64,000 bases of DNA, taken from contig RQSC01000002.1 of the NCBI GenBank assembly GCA_013416795.1, forward strand, positions 348,603-412,602. Direction: 5' to 3'. Both the position numbers and the translations under genes were made by a program. The stretch's first letter is position 1. The number at the start of each line of letters is the position of its first letter. This document shows positions 19,733 through 30,639 of this stretch, one piece after another. The stretch comes from Prasinococcaceae sp. CCMP 1430. Taxonomy: Eukaryota > Plantae > Prasinodermophyta. The notes beneath the pieces were generated by a model that saw only the letters and a list, made by a program, of their open reading frames with translations, searched no databases and was not told where the DNA came from.

Positions 19733-21430
19733 ATGTTCGGCTACCCGAGCGGCGGCGGCGGCGGCGGGGCGATGGCGCCGCCGCCTGCGCCTGGAGGCAG
19801 GCGCCTCGCCGAGCACTTCAGCCAAGTGCAGCTGCGTGACGGCAAGGGGCAGGGCGAGAATGGAGGCTTCATGTACGATTTGCCCGATGACGCGGAGGAC
19901 ATGGCCGCCGACGGAAGTGGCGACGGGATGCAATGTGGCTCAGACGGCGGTGCGCAAGGGGGCGGGGGCGGCGGGCTCTTTGGCACGGGCGGCGGGAATA
20001 CCTTCATGCCACCGATTGAGTCCCAAGGGTGCGGTGGCGCAGGCGCGGGTGACTACGCGACACCCGCCGACGCTGCCGGCGCCTACGGCATGTACAGCAC
20101 CCAGGACAACCAGTACTGCACCCAGGAGGGCGACAAAGAGAACTACTGCACGCAGGAGGGTGCGGGCATCCAGGCCCAGACGCCGGGGTCGATGCCCCCC
20201 GTCGGCAAGATGCTCAAGCGCAGGCGCCCTGCGTGGCACAACAACAGCGGCGTGGGGGGCAGTCAGGTCTCGCATGGCTACGGCTCGCAGTTCAACGGCT
20301 CGTACATGAGCAACCCCTGGGACTCGTGCACCGAGCAGAGCACGCAGGAGACGGGCAACACGCGCATGGAGGCGCCGGGGGGGCTCTTCGGCACGCAGGG
20401 GGAGGCGACTTCGGGACCCGCCGCGGGCTCGCAGGGCATGCCGTACGTCATCGCCGCCCCGCGCGTCGGCCTCTCACGGTCGCGCAAGCCGGGCGTCAAA
20501 AACGCGCTCTCGTCGCCGGGCATCGCGCGCAACCCCTTCTTGGCCGATGAGGACGCCGGCAAGAGCAACAGCAGCCGCCCGCTGCCGCGCCTCAAGCCGA
20601 TGCCCAGCCGCTACCGCTCGGACTTCCGCGAAGAGGGCGAGCTGGGCAAGGGCGCCTACAGCAAGGTGTTCAAGTGCCGGCGGCGACTGGACGGCTGCCT
20701 GTACGCAGTCAAGTGCAGCCGGCAGCCGCTGCACAACGACGGCGACCGGCGACACGCCGTCGGCGAGGTGCAGGCGCTGGCGGCGATGGGATCGCATCCC
20801 AACCTGGTGCAGTACTTTGGGGCGTTCGAGGAGAACGCGCACCTGTACATTCAGCTCGAGCTATGCGCTGGCGGCGCCCTGGACTCGGCGCGCGAGGCCG
20901 GCACGCGGCTGACGGAGCGCACGCTGATCGCCATCGTCGCCAACATAAGCGCTGCGCTCGCGCACATGCACAGCAAGGGGGTCGCCCACATGGACGTCAA
21001 GCCCGACAACATCTACTGCACGGGCGACCTGCACGCACCTGAGGAGTGCTCGTTCAAGCTCGGCGACCTTGGCAGCGCCACGCACCTCGACGGCACGCAC
21101 GGCTTCAAAGAGGGTGACTGCCGATACATGCCCGCCGAGATCCTCAACGACGATTTCAGCGCGCTCGACAAGGCCGACGTCTGGAGCCTGGGCGCCACGG
21201 TGTATGAGCTCGCGCGACCACCGCCCGATGGCGAGTCGACTGTGGCACCGCTACCGCGCGAAGGCCCGCAGTTCGCCGCGATCCGCGCGGGCAAGCTCAC
21301 GCTGCTGCCTGGGCTCACGAGCTCCTTTCAGGCGCTGCTCAAGCGCATGATGGAGCGCGACTCGGCCAAGCGCCCGACCGCCGCAGAGGCAGCCAGCACG
21401 GCGATGAAGCTGCTGGCGCAGGCTGACTGA
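19733..21430 (+). CDS. WEE1: Wee1 protein kinase
   Basis: SRYRSDF, RRRLDGCLYAVK, HMDVKPDNI, KLGDLG, EGDCRYMPAEILN and DKADVWSLG, all Wee1-family signatures; ATG at 19733. Confidence 0.95.
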   Translation: MFGYPSGGGGGGAMAPPPAPGGRRLAEHFSQVQLRDGKGQGENGGFMYDLPDDAEDMAADGSGDGMQCGSDGGAQGGGGGGLFGTGGGNTFMPPIESQGCGGAGAGDYATPADAAGAYGMYSTQDNQYCTQEGDKENYCTQEGAGIQAQTPGSMPPVGKMLKRRRPAWHNNSGVGGSQVSHGYGSQFNGSYMSNPWDSCTEQSTQETGNTRMEAPGGLFGTQGEATSGPAAGSQGMPYVIAAPRVGLSRSRKPGVKNALSSPGIARNPFLADEDAGKSNSSRPLPRLKPMPSRYRSDFREEGELGKGAYSKVFKCRRRLDGCLYAVKCSRQPLHNDGDRRHAVGEVQALAAMGSHPNLVQYFGAFEENAHLYIQLELCAGGALDSAREAGTRLTERTLIAIVANISAALAHMHSKGVAHMDVKPDNIYCTGDLHAPEECSFKLGDLGSATHLDGTHGFKEGDCRYMPAEILNDDFSALDKADVWSLGATVYELARPPPDGESTVAPLPREGPQFAAIRAGKLTLLPGLTSSFQALLKRMMERDSAKRPTAAEAASTAMKLLAQAD

Positions 21431-21813
21431 GACACGAGCGCGCCGCCAGCGCGTTTGATCGTGCACGGCGGATGACAGGATGGCTAATGACTCCCGCCCT
21501 CTGAGCCGCAACTGTGAGCGCCTGAGGATGTAGAGAGAGACTATTATCGACCGCGGACGCGCTCGCGCTGCCCACGAGCCGCGGAGCGCGTGCGCGTGGC
21601 GAGGGCGCGCGCTCGCACGTGGATGTGTGCAACAACCGGCTCTGGCCCTTTACAGCGCGGCACAGGTGCCCTGATTGCTCCCCTAGTATCTCTAACGGGT
21701 CGCCGCGTCCCGGCTCCCGCGATTAGCCACCGCATACAGTACAGCACGCGCGGCGGACCCACGCGCGCGCGTGCGCGCGTGCCCGTCCCGCCGCGAACGC
21801 AAGCACGAGGGCC

Positions 21814-22500
21814 TCACGTGCTGCCCACTGCGAGGGCCCGAGCAGGGAGGATGCACGAGGAGGCGAGCGGTGGGGCGACACGCACGTCAGCACATACATC
21901 AGTCGCGGCCAGCAGCAGGGCGCTGCGCAGCGTGCGAGCGAGGAGGGGCACCGCGGATGGCGCGCAGGCCCTCCCATGCCCATCCTCCACTGGGCAAGCG
22001 CGTTGCGACGGGCGCTTTGCGCGGACCGCAACCCACGCACCGATGATGTTGTTGATGGGGATGAAGATGAGCTTGACGAAGAAGCCCACGAAGCCCATCA
22101 CCACAAAGCCCAGCGCCGTGCGGCTCGCCACCTTGGTGTACTCTGCCGAGCGCGTGCGCGTGGCGAGCGCGTGAGCGAGGCGGGGGTGGGGAGGGGAAGG
22201 GGCATGTTAGAACGATGGCAGGCACAGCTCACGAGAGGGGTTCGCGCGCGTCCGCCCGCGCGCCCGCGCAGGGCGGCACATCGCGCGTGTCGCAGCAAGG
22301 CCACGGCGCCACGCAGCAGCGCCGCCGATCGGCGGTGCGGTGCGCGCGCGAACAGCCCCTCCACCCCTGCGCCCTCGCGCGCCCCGCGCGTCCCGCGCGC
22401 GCGCACCCTTGCGGTCGGGCTTGGTGCACTTGTGCAGCAGGCGGATGGACTCCTTGGTGAAGTCCACCAGGGGCTCGCGCACGCCGTTGATCACGTCCAT
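21814..22500 (-). CDS. SEC61G: Sec61 gamma subunit (3 exons: 22500-22407, 22142-22041, 21827-21814)
   Basis: Spliced product [69 protein letters not shown] with canonical GT-AG junctions. Confidence 0.95.
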
Positions 22501-23899
22501 GGCGGCGGCGGCGGCGGCGGCTCCCCGGGGGCGTCGTGCGCACGCCGCGCGCGCTGTGTCGCCGTCGCCCCGCCACCGCGCGCGCGTGCATGCTGGGTTC
22601 CATTTTTTTTTTTGCGTTTTCCCCGTGTAATTTGGGAGGCCAGACAGAAAGCCACGCCGGCCCATACCGACTGGCCGGAGATTGCATCAGGCAAATTAAA
22701 CTTGGGAAAAATATTACGCTCGCGGAATCCGGGGGGCGCTGGGCGGAACCCCGGCCGCGATCGGCGGCCTCGCGCGGCGTGCGTGCGATTGGACCCGCGC
22801 GGTTCGGCAGCGCGGGGTCGCGCGTTTGGGGTGAATCCGGCCGTGCTGGGCGCAGGGTTTGGATCCCGCCCGGATCGCGCGGCTCCGGACGGGCAGGGGG
22901 TTCCCGCCCTCCTCAACCACTGGGGCACGTCCGTCTTGCCCTGGTGGGGCAAGGACGACGGCCTCGAGCCGTGCCACCATGAGCCGCTGCTCGAGTTCCA
23001 TGCTCGCAAGGTACCGCACCTCTCGAGGCCGTCGCGCCGGCTCTTCGAGTTCATGAGGTAGTTTGACAGAATGAGGCTGCTGACGCCGTTGTCCTTCGGC
23101 GGCGACGATCCATGCCGCCGCGCGGTGGTGGCAACCGATGCGCTGATCGCGCACATGCTATCTATCAACCCGCGGCTGGGCGAGGTGGTTGCGCTACGAC
23201 GACGCCATTGCATGCATGCGCATCGGTTGCAACACGCCCACTTTGTGGCGACGCGGGCCATCCTCGCTGACACGTCCCTCGGCGAGACCTTCGCCATGGA
23301 ACATGAAGGTGCTGAGCAACCCCCTTCGTCCGTGCTATTGGATTTGCATGGACGTTGCAGGTGCATGGTCGCTCAGTGCGTGCATCGCCATATTACGTTG
23401 TGCAGTAGGCCCCGGCCCGTACAACTCTTATTACGCGCACGCGCGTGCGCGTGCGCGCCTGCGCCATTGCGTTCGCATTCGCATGGGCGAGCGCGTGCGC
23501 ATGCGCGTGCGCGGGTATGCGGTGAAGGCGATCCACAAGCTGCCTAAAGACCGTGCGAATAGCCGGGGAACACGAAACGGCGACCACGAGGAGCCTTCCG
23601 CTCCCGCGCGGCGCACACCACAAAACGCATACAAAAGAACATCATTCGTTTATTCCACAGCTTGCCGCACGAAGTTGGAATACGTGTTACAGTACAGTCG
23701 CCGCAGTTAGAATCGATGTGCCGAGTAGCTCTCCCGTGGTTAAACGTTTTGGGAGCGGAGTGAAGCAGTGGCGCGCGCGCGGCGCTGCCGGGCTGGTGCG
23801 TCACACCGCGCGCAGCGACCCCCCACCCTCGCCTCCCTCCGCCCTCCTTTCGGCGCTCGTAGCGAGACCGAAGCCCCGGATCCCTTATCCTGCCGCGCG

Positions 23900-24552
23900 A
23901 TGGGGCTTCCAGGCGGCCACAGCGAGGTGAAGCCGGCGGACGACGCCGCGCGCCGCGCGCTCGAGGCCGTGCGCGCCGCGCTCGAGGCGGCCCGCGGGGC
24001 GGGGCCGTTCGAGAGGCTCGACGCCGTCGAGTACACGTCGCAGGTCGTCGCCGGGACGGTGCGCGGTCCGGACCCCTCCCCCCCCCCTCGCGCGATGTAG
24101 TGGATCCGCGCCTCGCCGCGCCTGCCGCGACGGCTTTGCACAGTCGAGGACGTGCAGGTGCTGACGGCGCGTACACCCATTGATTGGGCTCGCACGAATG
24201 CATGGGACCGCTCCATGAACTTCATACATCCGCTTACTCACGCGCGCAGGTGCTGCGCGTGCGCGCACAGACTGGGACAAACGAGTACCTCGTCGCCGGT
24301 ATCTTCGGTGCGTCGCGCGCTCGCGTGCCGTGCTGCTGCTCGCTCTGCCGCGTACCCGTGAGTGCTTCACGTGCGCCCCGGTACCCTCAGCATATGTACT
24401 GTATTGAGCGGCGTGACCTCCGATGCTGACACCGGCTGAGGGCATCGTCCCTGCGCTCAGTGCCGCTGCCCCACGAGAACGCCCTCCCGAGCCTGCATGC
24501 CAACTCGGGCCCGCCGCGCTTCGGTCTGACCGAGGAAGAGAGCAAGCTGTGA
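23900..24552 (+). CDS. Type-1 cystatin (stefin/cystatin B-like), 3 exons (23900-24058, 24250-24307, 24461-24552)
   Basis: N-terminal PGG, QVVAG reactive motif and LPHEN loop after in-frame splicing. Confidence 0.85.
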
Positions 24553-24680
24553 GCAGCGGCAGCGGCGCGCGCTCGCCCCGACTCACCCCACCCCACCCCA
24601 ACACAAGCTCTTGGGCGGCGACGAGAGGCTGGCCCGAGCGGATCGCGACGCTCGCAATTTTGTCTGTAGATACATGGTAG

Positions 24681-26959
24681 TCATACATCACCCCCTATTG
24701 CGGTGGCGGGGCTCTCAGCGGCGCGCGGCGCGGGCGGAGCTGTGGGCGCGGCTCCGGCTGTCGACGCCGTGGTGTTTTCTCTGAGTGCCGCCTCGACGGC
24801 GCTCTCCGCTTGCGCGGCGTCCATTGCGCCGATGATCGCCGCGTCCCCCTCCGAAAACTCGTCGCGGACGAGCGCCGCCAGCTGCGCGTGCGCCTCGAGC
24901 ACATTGGAGCGGATTGGCCCGATCAGCGCGGCACGCGTGGACTCGTCGGGTACGTACGCGCGCATGGCGGCCACCATGGGCTTGACCTCCGCCAGCAGCG
25001 CCTGCCGTGCCTTGGCCACCACCGCCTTGGCCTTCTCCGGCGAGGCGAAGGCATGCTCCGCGAGCGGCTTGCGCGGCTGAGTCGACACACGCACGGCGGT
25101 GACCTTGGTGATGAAACTCAGCACCGGCTCCACGGCGGCCTTGGTGGCGGCCATGATGAACTGCTCGCAGGCGGCCTTGAGGCGCTTCTCCACGTCGTCC
25201 TTGGCGTCCACCACCACATCGCGCACCTTGGGCGTGGAGCGCGTGAGCAGCGCCCCCAGCGCGTTGGCCGAGGTGAAGGCCGCCAGGCTAGCCTGCCCGC
25301 TGAGCATGCGCCGCAGATCCGACTGCACGTTGGAAAAATCGAGCTGCGCGTCGTGGCTGGTGAAGTCGACGTCGAAGGGTGCGATGCGCTCACGCAGGTA
25401 GAGCAGCGATCGCACGAGCAGCAGCCGGCCGTCGTTAGCGCCGGCGGACCTGGCCACCGCCGCGGTCGCAGCCTGCGCCGAGCGCACGGCCGCGGCGACC
25501 ACCTCCTGTGCGAGCTGCTGGAAGACGTGCGTCTCCAGCGCACCGTAGAGCGTGCCGAGCAGCCGCACGGCCCTCTCGAGCGGCACGATCGCGGCGGGCA
25601 CGTTCGCGCCGGAGAGCACCTTTGGGAAGTCCAGCTCGGCGGCGGAGAAGCCGTAGCCGTCGATCTCCGAGCGCACGAACGCGGCTGTGCGGAACGCGAG
25701 TCGCTCCTGCGCGTCGGCCGCGGCGCGAGTTGCCACGCGGTGAACGCTGGTGAGCTTCGCGGGGTCGAGCTTGGCACCCGCTTGGCCGTCCTGCGCGCCG
25801 CCGTCCGCGGCGGCCGCAACGCGCAGGGCGTCCACGAGTTCGCAGAGCGCGTCGAGCTCGACAGTGTGCACGAGCATGGGTCGAAGGAGGTCGTACAGCA
25901 CGCCGCAGAGCGGATCGAGCAGCGAAGATATGCCGGGCCCGACCGCCATCGCCTCGTCGCCCGCGCCGGCCCCCTCTCCGCCGTCGCCCGCGTCCCGCTG
26001 TCGCGCCGCTCCGGTCCCGCCCGGGAAGAAGTGCTCGAAGAGCGCGCGCTCGAGCTGGCACACCTGCGCCAGGTACGCACAGCCCGCGCGCGCGAGGTGG
26101 GCGGGGCCGCCCTCGGTGGCTAGCGACCGCACGCGGCGGTGCACGGTATCCGCTACGAGCTCCAGGCGACGCGCGCAGTATGTCGCGTGGCAGTCGGCGA
26201 GCAGCGCGCCGTACTCTCCGCCAGGCGTGGCGCCTGCCAAGTCGGCGGTGCCGCCGTTCGCCTCCTGCGCGAGCGCGGCCTGCGCGCGCCGCGCAAGCTC
26301 CGACGTGAGCGGGGCGAGCGCCGGGGCCGCCGCACGGAAGCGCACGTACAGCCCAGCCATCTCGCCCTTGCCCTCGGAGGCGGCGCCCGGCGCCTCGGCG
26401 CCCGAGCCGTCCGCCGCGCCCTTCTCAGCCTGCGCCGCGGGCGCCGGCGCCGCCTCCATCGCCGCGGAGGCGGCCTTCCGCAGCGACGACGTCACGTAGG
26501 TCTTGACGAGGCCCAGCGCGCGGCTTTGCAGCTGCTTGAACTTGACGGTGTACACGCCCGCGTCCTTGTAGTGCGCGTGCTGGCGGACGTACTCCATCGC
26601 CTCGTCGAGGCTCTTGAGGATCGGCAGGAAGGGCTCGGGCGAGCCGCTGGCGTTCGCCTCGGCGCTCGCCTTTGCGAACGCCGAGGACACCTCGTCGAGC
26701 GAGTCGAACATGCGCAGCTTGGCGTGCACGGCGTCGGCGAACGCCTCGAGGCGCGCCTTCTCGCCCGCGAGGCGCTCGCACTCGCCCGCGAGGGAGGACG
26801 CGTGGCTCGACGCGGCGGCGTGCGACTCGGACAGGGACGAGAAGCCACTGAGAAGCGCGTTGGTCTGCAGCGCGCGAGTGCAGAAGGAGGGACGGGCGCG
26901 GATCGGCAGGCACGCGTCCGCGTCAGCCCGCGAGCGCGCGTCGGGTGACGAGCGCGCTC

Positions 26960-26991
<32 letters not shown>

Positions 26992-27219
26992 CGTGCCGCG
27001 TACCTGATCCTTGAGCTCCTCGATGGTCGATGCGTAGCTCGCGAGATCGCGCGCGTACGACCGATACTTTTCCTCGGATCGCGCCTTCACCTCGGCCTCG
27101 AGCTCGGCGTGCGCCTTGTAGAACTGGTGGCTGTTGAGCAGTGGCACGTCTGCGCTGCCCTCCTGCTCGCCCGCGTCGCCGCCGCCCGCGGCGCCGCTCG
27201 CCGCGGCGTCGGCGGCGTC
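24681..27219 (-). CDS. COG3: Conserved oligomeric Golgi complex subunit 3 (5' end in gap; intron 26865-27003)
   Basis: FLPILKSLDEAMEYV..H.HYKDA.VY.VKF.QLQSRALGL, DAQERLAFR, LLYLRERIAPFDVDF and KRLKAACEQFI. Confidence 0.9.
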
Positions 27220-27921
27220 NNNNNNNNNNNNNNNNNNNNNNNNNNNNNNNNNNNNNNNNNNNNNNNNNNNNNNNNNNNNNNNNNNNNNNNNNNNNNNNNN
27301 NNNNNNNNNNNNNNNNNNNNNNNNNNNNNNNNNNNNNNNNNNNNNNNNNNNNNNNNNNNNNNNNNNNNNNNNNNNNNNNNNNNNNNNNNNNNNNNNNNNN
27401 NNNNNNNNNNNNNNNNNNNNNNNNNNNNNNNNNNNNNNNNNNNNNNNNNNNNNNNNNNNNNNNNNNNNNNNNNNNNNNNNNNNNNNNNNNNNNNNNNNNN
27501 NNNNNNNNNNNNNNNNNNNNNNNNNNNNNNNNNNNNNNNNNNNNNNNNNNNNNNNNNNNNNNNNNNNNNNNNNNNNNNNNNNNNNNNNNNNNNNNNNNNN
27601 NNNNNNNNNNNNNNNNNNNNNNNNNNNNNNNNNNNNNNNNNNNNNNNNNNNNNNNNNNNNNNNNNNNNNNNNNNNNNNNNNNNNNNNNNNNNNNNNNNNN
27701 NNNNNNNNNNNNNNNNNNNNNNNNNNNNNNNNNNNNNNNNNNNNNNNNNNNNNNNNNNNNNNNNNNNNNNNNNNNNNNNNNNNNNNNNNNNNNNNNNNNN
27801 NNNNNNNNNNNNNNNNNNNNNNNNNNNNNNNNNNNNNNNNNNNNNNNNNNNNNNNNNNNNNNNNNNNNNNNNNNNNNNNNNNNNNNNNNNNNNNNNNNNN
27901 NNNNNNNNNNNNNNNNNNNNN
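27220..27921. other. Assembly gap (others: 3500-3542, 19366-19538, 51281-52029)
   Basis: N runs. Confidence 0.99.
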
Positions 27922-29018
27922 CGCCCGCGCCCGCGCCCGCGGCTGCGCCCGCGGCTGCGCCGGCCGATGGCGGCAACGGCGTGGCGGCGCCCGTCGCCGA
28001 CGACAACGCGCCCCGGGCGCGCAAGCCGTACACGATCACCAAGCAGCGCGAGTGCTGGACAGAGGCGGAGCACGCGCGCTTCGTGGCAGCGCTGAAGGCG
28101 CACGGCCGAGCGTGGAAGCGCATTGAGGCGGCCGTGCGCACCAAGACGGTCATTCAGATTCGGTCGCACGCGCAGAAGTACTTCCTGAAGGTCCAGAAGA
28201 ACGGCACGGGCGAGCACGTTCCCCCGCCGCGCGCCAAGCGCAAGGCGAGCCGCCCGTACCCTCACAATCCGCCGCCCCCGAGCAAGCCGCCCGCGGCAGC
28301 GCGCGACGCCGCCCGAAAGGGCGCTCGCAGCAGCAGCAAGCCGGCGGCGAGCAGTGGCGGCGACTGCGACGACAAGAGGAACAGGAAGCGCGCGCGAGCG
28401 AACAACGACAGCAGCATCACGGGCTCGACCATCGGCTCGTCCGGAGCGGTCGGGGGTGCGCTTGGCGCGACCGGGGGGCTTGGGGTGCCACTCGCCATGC
28501 ACGCGGGCGTGGGTGTGCCTGCCACTGGCTACCCCCAAGGCCTGCAACAGACGAAGGCATTCATGTTCGGGCAGGCACCGCAGGAGCAGGCTTTCGGGGG
28601 GCTGCCTCAGCAGGGAGGCGGCAGCAGCGGACTGATAGCGCAGCAGCAGGGGAAGGGGGCGCACCGACACCCGCACCAGCAGCACCAGCAGTACCACGAG
28701 CAGTGGGCTGCGCCGTCACACGGCACACACGCCCGTGCCCGCCCGCTCGCACCGGTCGTGTTGCTCGACCCCCGGCCCTGTGAAGTCCGCGCGGCGCCGG
28801 ACTTCGAGCACGTTTACACATTCGTGAGCACGCTCTTCGAAGACGAGTGCCCTCCACTCGGCCAGCCCGCCGCGCAGCCGCCCGCACCCGCCGGAGGCGC
28901 GTTGGAGTCGCTGCGCGCGCTCGGCACGGTGGAGCGTGAGACGGCGCTCGTGCTGCTTCAGAACATGACTTCCAACATGGAGAGTGGCGTTGACTGGGCG
29001 CGTTCGATGCTGCTGTGA
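27922..29018 (+). CDS. RVE8: REVEILLE/LCL-type single-MYB clock transcription factor (5' end in gap)
   Basis: [46 protein letters not shown], and C-terminal LCL domain [10 protein letters not shown]...[10 protein letters not shown]. Confidence 0.88.
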
Positions 29019-29191
29019 GCGGCGCGCCTCGCCGCGTGCAGCAGCCCAGAGGATAGTACAGTACCATGCATATTTTTTTAGGAGAGGAAGGCGAGGGAGA
29101 CGCTTCGGCGGAGTGGTGCGCGCACGTGTGCCAGGCAACCTCGTTTATGGGAACAATTTTGTACACAAAATCCCACGACGCACGAATGTGC

Positions 29192-30620
29192 TCACGCTCG
29201 AACGCGCTCGCCTCGAGTCGTGCGCAGCCTGCGACGCTTGCCCGCGCGTCGCCCCTCGCGAGGCTCCGAGTCCGAGTCGGACACGCGGTCTACGCTCGCT
29301 GCTGCGTCGCAGCAAGCGGCGGCGGCCTGCCGTGCGTGAGGTCGAGCCGGGCCCGCATCCGCTGGTTGCGTATCCAAGAGCAAAGGCTGCGTGGCTGTGG
29401 CCGACGGGCCCAGTCGGCGCTCAGTGCCCGCGCGGTCCGACGCGGCCACTCCCGTGCACATGGGCAAGAGCAACCGAGGAGGGGGGCGCTCAGGCGACCG
29501 GCAGATCCCTTTCAACGCGTCGCAGAAGGCCTCCCCCTCTGAGCCGGCCGCGTCTCCACCAGCACTGCAACCAACCTGCTGCGTGTCGAGCGTCCCGTCG
29601 CTTCGGGCGGGCGAGGCGGGCGAGGCGTCGCGGCCGTCGGCGCTATTGGCAAAGGCATCAGCATCAGCGTCGGAGTCGGCGTCGGCATCGCCCTGGTCGC
29701 TCTCGGAGAGCTCCATTGCGAGCGCAGCAAGGGCATCGCTGCCGCCGATGCCCTCGTGGTCATCGGAGCTCGCACGCGCTCGCACGCTTGCGTACGCGCA
29801 CGGCCCAGCGTTCTCCAGCGCTCGGGTTGCACGAACGCCCGATGCGAGGGTGGTCGCGGTCGCGAGCGATGGCAAGACTGGCGCGCTGCCAAGACCGTCC
29901 GCACCCACCAGCGTGCGCGTGTCGCCGTTGCCATCGTCGGCAGCGCAGCCGCCATCGCTGTCACCGCCGTCCGAGGCACGCCCGCCGCTGCGCAGCGTTG
30001 CGAGCGCCGCGCGCACGTCGGCGAGGGCGTCAACCGCGCGCGGCGCGCCCCAGCGGGCGCAGCCCGCACATGCGACATAGGACAGCCGCCGCACCCGCAG
30101 TTCGATGCCCGACGAGCCCAGTGCCCACACAGTCTCCACGTCGAACGCTTGCAGGGACAGAAGCGCGCCGATGGCCGCCGTGCCGAAGAGTGGCGGCTCG
30201 CCTCCTGCAAGCCAGCAGATGCGCGCGTCAGCGCGGGCAGTGTATGCGCGAATGAGATGAGTGTGTGCGCGCTTGCCAGGGCGAGCCCACGCCGTCGCGG
30301 GCGTTGACACGCGATCACGCACGAGCGCGGGCGCAGGCACGCGCGTCCGGCGCATTGCCCCGTACCTCCGCCACTCCCGCCGTCAGCAGCGAGCAGGGGG
30401 TGCCTCCGCAGCACCTCCCGCACAGCCGGGTCGTCCACCACCGCGACGGCGGCATGCGCCGTGTCGGAGACGACGAGTGTCCGCCCACCATCGGCAACCC
30501 CGATGATCTGCACGAGCGGCGCGGCGGCGGCCGCTGGCCTGTCCCGCGCGGCCTTGTGCGTGCGGTGCACGGCCGCCGCGAGCGCCTCGCGCACCGCCGT
30601 CGCGACACCGCGTGCCGCGC
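29192..30620 (-). CDS. TPP1/Est3-like OB-fold protein with low-complexity C-terminus (5' end unclear; intron 30205-30365)
   Basis: Spliced LVQIIGV...LVVSDTAHAAVAVV...IGALLSLQAFDV...ELRVRRLSYV...WGAPRAV follows the TPP1/Est3 OB-fold pattern; phase-1 GT-AG intron keeps the frame. Confidence 0.5.
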
Positions 30621-30639
30621 CGCCGCCCCCGCCGCCCCG

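Noticed and set aside
14-30620. Larger cell-cycle/clock/telomere supercluster including PIBF1, RVE8 and the OB-fold gene
   Set aside because: Interspersed with unrelated housekeeping genes; no evidence beyond chance in a gene-dense genome.
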